From positions 1 to 21,391 of the forward strand of contig JBKCUU010000033.1 of NCBI GenBank assembly GCA_046318155.1: 21,391 nt of DNA, given 5' to 3'. Below the pieces are notes generated by a model that saw only the letters and a program-made list of their open reading frames with translations, did no database searches and was not told where the DNA came from. The position numbers were made by a program, and so were the translations under genes. Positions 16,394-21,391 of the stretch are shown in pieces. Each line of letters starts with the position of its first letter. Within the stretch, counting starts at the first letter, position 1. The stretch comes from Bdellovibrio sp. GTDB lineage: Bacteria; Bdellovibrionota; Bdellovibrionia; Bdellovibrionales; Bdellovibrionaceae.

Positions 16394-18406
16394 ATGAAAC
16401 CAGCTCGAAAAGCCCATAATGAAAAGCAAAGACTTGAAGCGCTCAAGTCACTCAAGATTCTGGACACTCTTCCAGAGCGAGATTTTGATCAAATTACGTT
16501 TCTGGCATCACAAATTTGTGGAACTCCAATCGCACTCATCTCTTTAATTGACGAGAATAGGCAGTGGTTTAAATCAAAAGTTGGCCTTACAACCTCAGAA
16601 ACACCCCGGGATTTAGCGTTTTGTGCACATGCGATTTTGGGGGATGACGTTTTCGTTGTTCCAGATGCTTCCAAAGACGAGCGATTTTTTGATAATCCGC
16701 TTGTTACGGGAGCGCCTCATGTCAACTTCTATGCAGGAGCTCCATTAAAATCACCTGATGGTGCTGAGATCGGTACAGTCTGTGTCATTGACTCGAAGCC
16801 AAGAGCTTTGACCAGTCAGCAAATCGAAGCCTTGGCCATGCTTTCCGAGCAAGTGACAAGGCTTTTGCAGCTCCGTAAGGAAATTGAAAATCTGAAAAAA
16901 ACCCAACAGGATTTGCAAGTTAAGAATATTGCAATTGACACCATACCTGAGGGTGTTGTCTTGCAGGATAAAACGGGCGCTGTTATCGAATTCAATCCGG
17001 CGGCCCCGACTTTATTGAATCTAACTCAAGATCAACTTTTAGGTAAGACCGCTGTAGACCCAGGCTGGCGAGCCATCAAAGAAGATGGAGCTGATTTTCC
17101 AGGTCAAGAACACCCAGCCATGGTTTGCTTAAAGAATGGAAAGCCACAAAAAAATATTGTTATGGGAATCAGGAATTCAGAGAATGCTGTTCGTTGGATT
17201 AAGATAAACTCGGCTCCGATTTTTCAGTCTACTGACTCTAAACCTACTCACTCCATCACGAGTTTTGCAGACATAACTGAAGAAGTCGTCGCAAAAACAA
17301 TCGTTGAGCAGAAAAGTAGGAATTTACGTTTTATCCTAGATAGTATTCCCAACATGATTGGTCTTTGGAATGCAGACCAAATCAATTTGAATTCGAATGC
17401 CGTCTACTCTGAGTATTTCAACAAAACCCCAGACAAAATTGTTGGCCTTCACATGAAAGACTTATTGGGTGAAGAGCTCTACCTGAAGAATCTTCCTTAT
17501 ATAAAAAGAGTTCTCTCTGGAGAAACCGTCACATTTGAAAAAACTCTACAGAACAAAAATGCCAAGCCACGCCAATTGTTGGCGACTTACATTCCAAACT
17601 TTGAAGGAAAAAAAGTGACCAGCTTTCTGGCAGTCATTACTGACATCACAGAATTGAAACATCTTGAATCTTCCCAGCGAGAACTTGAGGCTATGGTTGC
17701 CGAATCTGCAAAACTGGCGGCGCTCGGCGAAATGGCGGCCGGGGTCGCACATGAAGTCAACAACCCGCTCGCAATTATCAAAATTAAGTCTGCAATGCTT
17801 GCTCGAAAGGCGAAAGAAAAATCTCTTGATTGGGATGACGGAATAAAACACTTACAGGGCATCGAAGATACGGCAGATAGAATTGCTAGAATTGTGAAGG
17901 CCCTAAGAACTTATTCGCGCGATGCTGATGGCGATCCGTTTGAACTTTCAAATGTTTCCAAAATTTTAGCAGAGACCTTAGAGCTTTGTTACGAGCGTTT
18001 CAAGAATGCTGGGATAGAAATTCGAGTTCATTGTGACCCGAATCTTGCGGCAAATTCTCGACCCACTCAACTTTCGCAAGTCTTCATGAACCTGCTAAAC
18101 AATTCGTTTGACGCCATCTCGGCACTGCCGAACAAATGGATTGAAATCAAGGGCATCAAAAAAGTGGGACTTGTGCAGATTCAGGTCATTGATTCAGGAA
18201 CAGGTATTGGCAAAGATGTTTCTCAAAAAATGATGAATCCATTTTTTACGACTAAGGAAGTTGGCAAAGGAACGGGCCTCGGACTTAGCATTTCAAGTGG
18301 CATTATGAAGTCTCACGGTGGATCACTTGAGTATCTTGAAGCTGCTGCAAATACCACCTTCTTGATCACGTTGCCAGAATACAGCGACGCAGAAAAAGGT
18401 CGGTGA
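16394..18406 (+). CDS. GAF-PAS-PAS sensor histidine kinase, 670 aa
   Basis: GAF as in 477-1706. PAS1 (IPEGVVLQD..G.VIEFNPAA..LLG..EHPAM..RWI.INSAP) and PAS2 (ILDSIP.MI..WN..N..Y..YF..IVG.HMKDLLG..VLSGETVTFE). H-box AHEVNNPL and N/G1/F/G2 boxes present. Confidence 0.95.
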   Translation: MKPARKAHNEKQRLEALKSLKILDTLPERDFDQITFLASQICGTPIALISLIDENRQWFKSKVGLTTSETPRDLAFCAHAILGDDVFVVPDASKDERFFDNPLVTGAPHVNFYAGAPLKSPDGAEIGTVCVIDSKPRALTSQQIEALAMLSEQVTRLLQLRKEIENLKKTQQDLQVKNIAIDTIPEGVVLQDKTGAVIEFNPAAPTLLNLTQDQLLGKTAVDPGWRAIKEDGADFPGQEHPAMVCLKNGKPQKNIVMGIRNSENAVRWIKINSAPIFQSTDSKPTHSITSFADITEEVVAKTIVEQKSRNLRFILDSIPNMIGLWNADQINLNSNAVYSEYFNKTPDKIVGLHMKDLLGEELYLKNLPYIKRVLSGETVTFEKTLQNKNAKPRQLLATYIPNFEGKKVTSFLAVITDITELKHLESSQRELEAMVAESAKLAALGEMAAGVAHEVNNPLAIIKIKSAMLARKAKEKSLDWDDGIKHLQGIEDTADRIARIVKALRTYSRDADGDPFELSNVSKILAETLELCYERFKNAGIEIRVHCDPNLAANSRPTQLSQVFMNLLNNSFDAISALPNKWIEIKGIKKVGLVQIQVIDSGTGIGKDVSQKMMNPFFTTKEVGKGTGLGLSISSGIMKSHGGSLEYLEAAANTTFLITLPEYSDAEKGR

Positions 18407-18417
18407 CCGTTCAATAA

Positions 18418-18437
18418 CGCCTGGCTTTCGCCAGGCG
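18418..18437. terminator. GC-rich hairpin between convergent genes, probable terminator
   Basis: CGCCTGGC-TTTC-GCCAGGCG forms a perfect 8-bp stem, followed by TTATTG on the minus strand. Confidence 0.65.
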
Positions 18438-18458
18438 CCTGGACGCACGACTGAGAAA

Positions 18459-19124
18459 TTAGAAACCTGCGGTCGTTACCTGAAATGTGGCGCGACACCC
18501 ACCGCGCACCCAGATTCCGCCCTGATAGGTACCGAAGCTGCGGCCTTCAACACAGGGAGCGATGGATATCTGATTCACAATTTGAATCCCGATGATTTGC
18601 CCCTGAACCGGGCACTGCTGGAGAGCGTGGCCATTCGAGAAGCAGGTAACCATCGACTGACGATGATGGCCGCCTGGATGACCGTCATCGAAGCCGTCAT
18701 CAAATGATCTGCTTAAAGAAACGACGATGCGTTGAATCTTTATATTGCCGTTTAATTGCAACTGCCAGGGGCCGTTTTGACGCCAAGACTCGTTGCCGAA
18801 ATCCAAACGTGCATAGGTCCTTGGGTGGCTATCGTTCCAAGTCGCTGGGTGCCCGTCGATGCGCTGAGAATGCGAACTCCAATCGCCAACAGTCAAGCGC
18901 GCTGATCCTCGGCCAAACTGGGACTTGGCCACCATGCGAACTCCAACAAGTTCGTAGTCATTGGCGCGAATGCCATACTGTTCCTGCAGGAGCATTTTCA
19001 GACGGATCGTCGATGCCCCGTTGAATTCTTGATTACCCATTTGCAGAACAAAATCTTCGCGAGCGGCAGCGTTCGTCGCAAAAAAGCTCAGCAAAGATGC
19101 TAACAGAAGTCGTTTAAATCCCAT
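18459..19124 (-). CDS. exported protein with C-terminal DUF3011 domain, 221 aa
   Basis: GAGGAGG RBS and signal peptide ending NAAA. C-terminal VTC.S.....C....QIS.APC.EGRSFG....IWV.GGCRATF, preceded by a D/G/H-rich linker. Confidence 0.85.
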   Translation of the reverse strand: MGFKRLLLASLLSFFATNAAAREDFVLQMGNQEFNGASTIRLKMLLQEQYGIRANDYELVGVRMVAKSQFGRGSARLTVGDWSSHSQRIDGHPATWNDSHPRTYARLDFGNESWRQNGPWQLQLNGNIKIQRIVVSLSRSFDDGFDDGHPGGHHRQSMVTCFSNGHALQQCPVQGQIIGIQIVNQISIAPCVEGRSFGTYQGGIWVRGGCRATFQVTTAGF

Positions 19125-19168
19125 GTTTCCTCCTCGTTGGTGGTGATATGCCCCGTTGTCCGGGAGTT

Positions 19169-19184
19169 AGCATTTTAAGTGCCA
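19169..19184 (-). promoter_or_regulatory. sigma54 promoter for the DUF3011 gene
   Basis: Minus strand TGGCACTTAAAATGCT (TGGCAC-N5-ATGCT), 44 bp upstream of ATG 19124. Confidence 0.65.
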
Positions 19185-19510
19185 TGGGAAGTGGTGACTC
19201 TTCGACACCGAAAAAAGAAACGAAGCGGCGCAGCATCCGTAGCGGAGGTAAATGTGGGCGTTTCACTTCAAGATTGTAGCAGGTCGCATTTTAGAAGTTT
19301 CCACATGGAATTTTGTCCCTGCTTGCGCAGAAGGGCTCTACCGTTCATCGAATGTAATCACATTTGCCGCTAGGTCCAAGAGCAGATCTCGCCATCCCCA
19401 GAGAGACCGACGAATGCAAGGCGCCGACCCAGAGCTGAGCACCGCCACTCAATCGGATTCAGCAGCATGCGTAATGGTGATCGGAACTGAGGCGAGAGAG
19501 ATTCGTTTTA

Positions 19511-19798
19511 TATGAGGCCTTCTGGCGGCAGCATATTGAACTTGCCAATCGGTACCCGGACGGAATTCAAAAATACTGCAGGGCTAATGGGCTTGCCAGT
19601 CAGACTCTTGATAAATGGCGGCGCAATTTAAGTTTGAAGACAAAAAAATCTACGGCGAATCTAGTTCCGACAAATCCGTTTGCGGAGGTCAGGGTTTGTA
19701 GGCCCAAGGTTGAGTCCAAGGTTGAGTGCAAGGTCAACTTGCCCGAGGCAAAATGGCTTGCTGAATTTATTCATCAACTGATCGAGGTCAGGCGATGA
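19511..19798 (+). pseudogene. tnpA: IS66 accessory protein TnpA (ORF1), 5'-truncated
   Basis: Open frame YEAFWRQHIELANRYPDGIQKYCRANGLASQTLDKWRRNL...PFAEV...LPEAKWLAEFI. No ATG/GTG/TTG between the in-frame TGA at 19478 and this region. Stop overlaps the tnpB ATG. Confidence 0.8.
19704..19734 (+). repeat. 12-bp tandem duplication CCAAGGTTGAGT (2 full copies plus a partial) inside tnpA
   Basis: CCAAGGTTGAGT CCAAGGTTGAGT GCAAGGT, encoding PKVE-SKVE-CKV. Confidence 0.75.
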
Positions 19799-20052
19799 AA
19801 TCCCCTGGGGACTTTAAAAAAGTATTTATCCACAAAGAGCCTGTGGATATGCGAAAAGCGATGAACGGCCTCAGCGCAATCGTGCAGCAAGCTGACATGG
19901 GCGATCTGATGCAGCCGCATTTATTTGTGTTCAGTGGTCGGCGGCGCAATGTGATCAAGATTTTGTATTTTGATAAGTCTGGATTTTGTTTGTGGCAAAA
20001 GCGCTTAGAGGTTGAAAGGTTCTCGTGCCTCAAGAAATTGGCCTTCGGATGA
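19795..20052 (+). pseudogene. tnpB: IS66 accessory protein TnpB (ORF2), 3'-truncated
   Basis: PVDMRK..NGL, LFVF..RRR..IKILYFD..GFCLWQKRLE..RF, after which similarity stops. Only 85 aa. Confidence 0.88.
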
Positions 20053-20476
20053 GCGGCAGAGGCTTCGGCAAGAAATCCAGGTTCCTCTTTGGGATGAATT
20101 TAAGACCCGGGCGGATAACAATCACGGCAAAATCCCGCCCAAGAGCAAGATCGGTGAGGCTTTTAAGTATTTTAGATCTGAGTACAAATATTTGATTGGT
20201 TACCTGGGGGACGGCCGCCTTGAGGTGGACAACGGCTTCGCCGAACGTGTGATCCGGAAATTTGCGATCGGCCGCAACAACTGGATGTTTGCCGATACCG
20301 AAGCAGGTGCCCACGCCAGCGCCATGTTTTACAGTCTGCTGTGTACCGCCAAGGTCAACGACGTGAATATTTACGAAGCCATGAAATACTTGTTCACCGA
20401 GATCCCCAAAGCCAAGACCATCGAAGAGTATGAACGGCTCGCCGATGTCATCATGGGCATCACTCCTATCGCCTGA
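20025..20476 (+). pseudogene. tnpC: IS66 transposase TnpC, C-terminal fragment
   Basis: ERQRLRQE..P, PPKSKIGEAFKY, YLGDGRLEVDNGFAERVIR.FAIGRNNWMF..T.AGA.ASA.FYSL..TAK.N. The N-terminal part of the DDE transposase is missing. Confidence 0.9.
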
Positions 20477-20555
20477 CAACGAGGCGAAATGGATCGCATA
20501 CAGAGGAATTCAGGATACTGTCTCAAATTGGGATTTCAAAGATTGGACTTAAGTC

Positions 20556-20582
20556 TAAAGTAGTATTGTAAACTTCCGATAA
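20556..20582 (+). promoter_or_regulatory. sigma28 (FliA) promoter
   Basis: TAAA(20556-59)-N15-TCCGATAA(20575-82), one mismatch to TAAA-N15-GCCGATAA. Confidence 0.7.
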
Positions 20583-20588
20583 AAGGGA

Positions 20589-21391
<803 letters not shown>

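Larger units (their letters stand above)
19511..20501 (+). mobile_element. degenerate IS66-family insertion sequence (left end not found, internal deletion)
   Basis: tnpA-tnpB-tnpC remnants in canonical order with ATGA coupling. Right end ...GGATCGCATAC (20501) reads GTATGCG on the reverse strand, resembling the IS66 GTAAGCG terminus. Left boundary is approximate. Confidence 0.85.

Noticed and set aside
19252..19515. 87-aa ORF with GGAGGT upstream, and the possibility of an ncRNA in 19190-19510
   Set aside because: No recognisable protein motif or stable RNA architecture. It abuts the broken IS end and may be decayed sequence. It cannot be supported without a search.
19795..20052. TnpB as an RNA-guided nuclease (IS200/IS605 type)
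   Set aside because: The motifs (DMRK..GL, LWQKRLE) are those of the unrelated IS66 accessory TnpB. No RuvC motifs or zinc finger.

Overview
Bacterial chromosomal window with about 22 protein genes, no rRNA, tRNA or CRISPR array, and one decayed IS66-family element (~19511-20501). The gene style suggests Bdellovibrionota (inference only): many signal-peptide orphans, an FQNC-type lipoprotein signal, and sigma28 and sigma54 promoter motifs. Recognisable genes are two paralogous orphan GAF histidine kinases, an SbtA-family bicarbonate transporter, an L-asparaginase II, a glycerophosphodiester phosphodiesterase behind an AsmA-like gene, greA, a DHH/DHHA1 (NrnA-like) phosphoesterase, two convergent BFD-type [2Fe-2S] proteins, a RimK-like ATP-grasp ligase, a DUF3011 protein and a Cys-repeat/Pro-Thr lipoprotein that runs off the window end. 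The most striking observation is two proteins with ATP-dependent amide-ligase motifs (amidoligase/GCS-like at 4903-6024; IucA/IucC-like at 8020-9339). Both have signal peptides and share an S-C-x-x-V-[F/Y] motif at a free terminus, suggesting a class of exported ligase-fold effectors. Also notable are a NifU-like protein with a degenerate IscU scaffold domain and several apparently leaderless genes. All family calls come from motifs read by eye, not from database searches.
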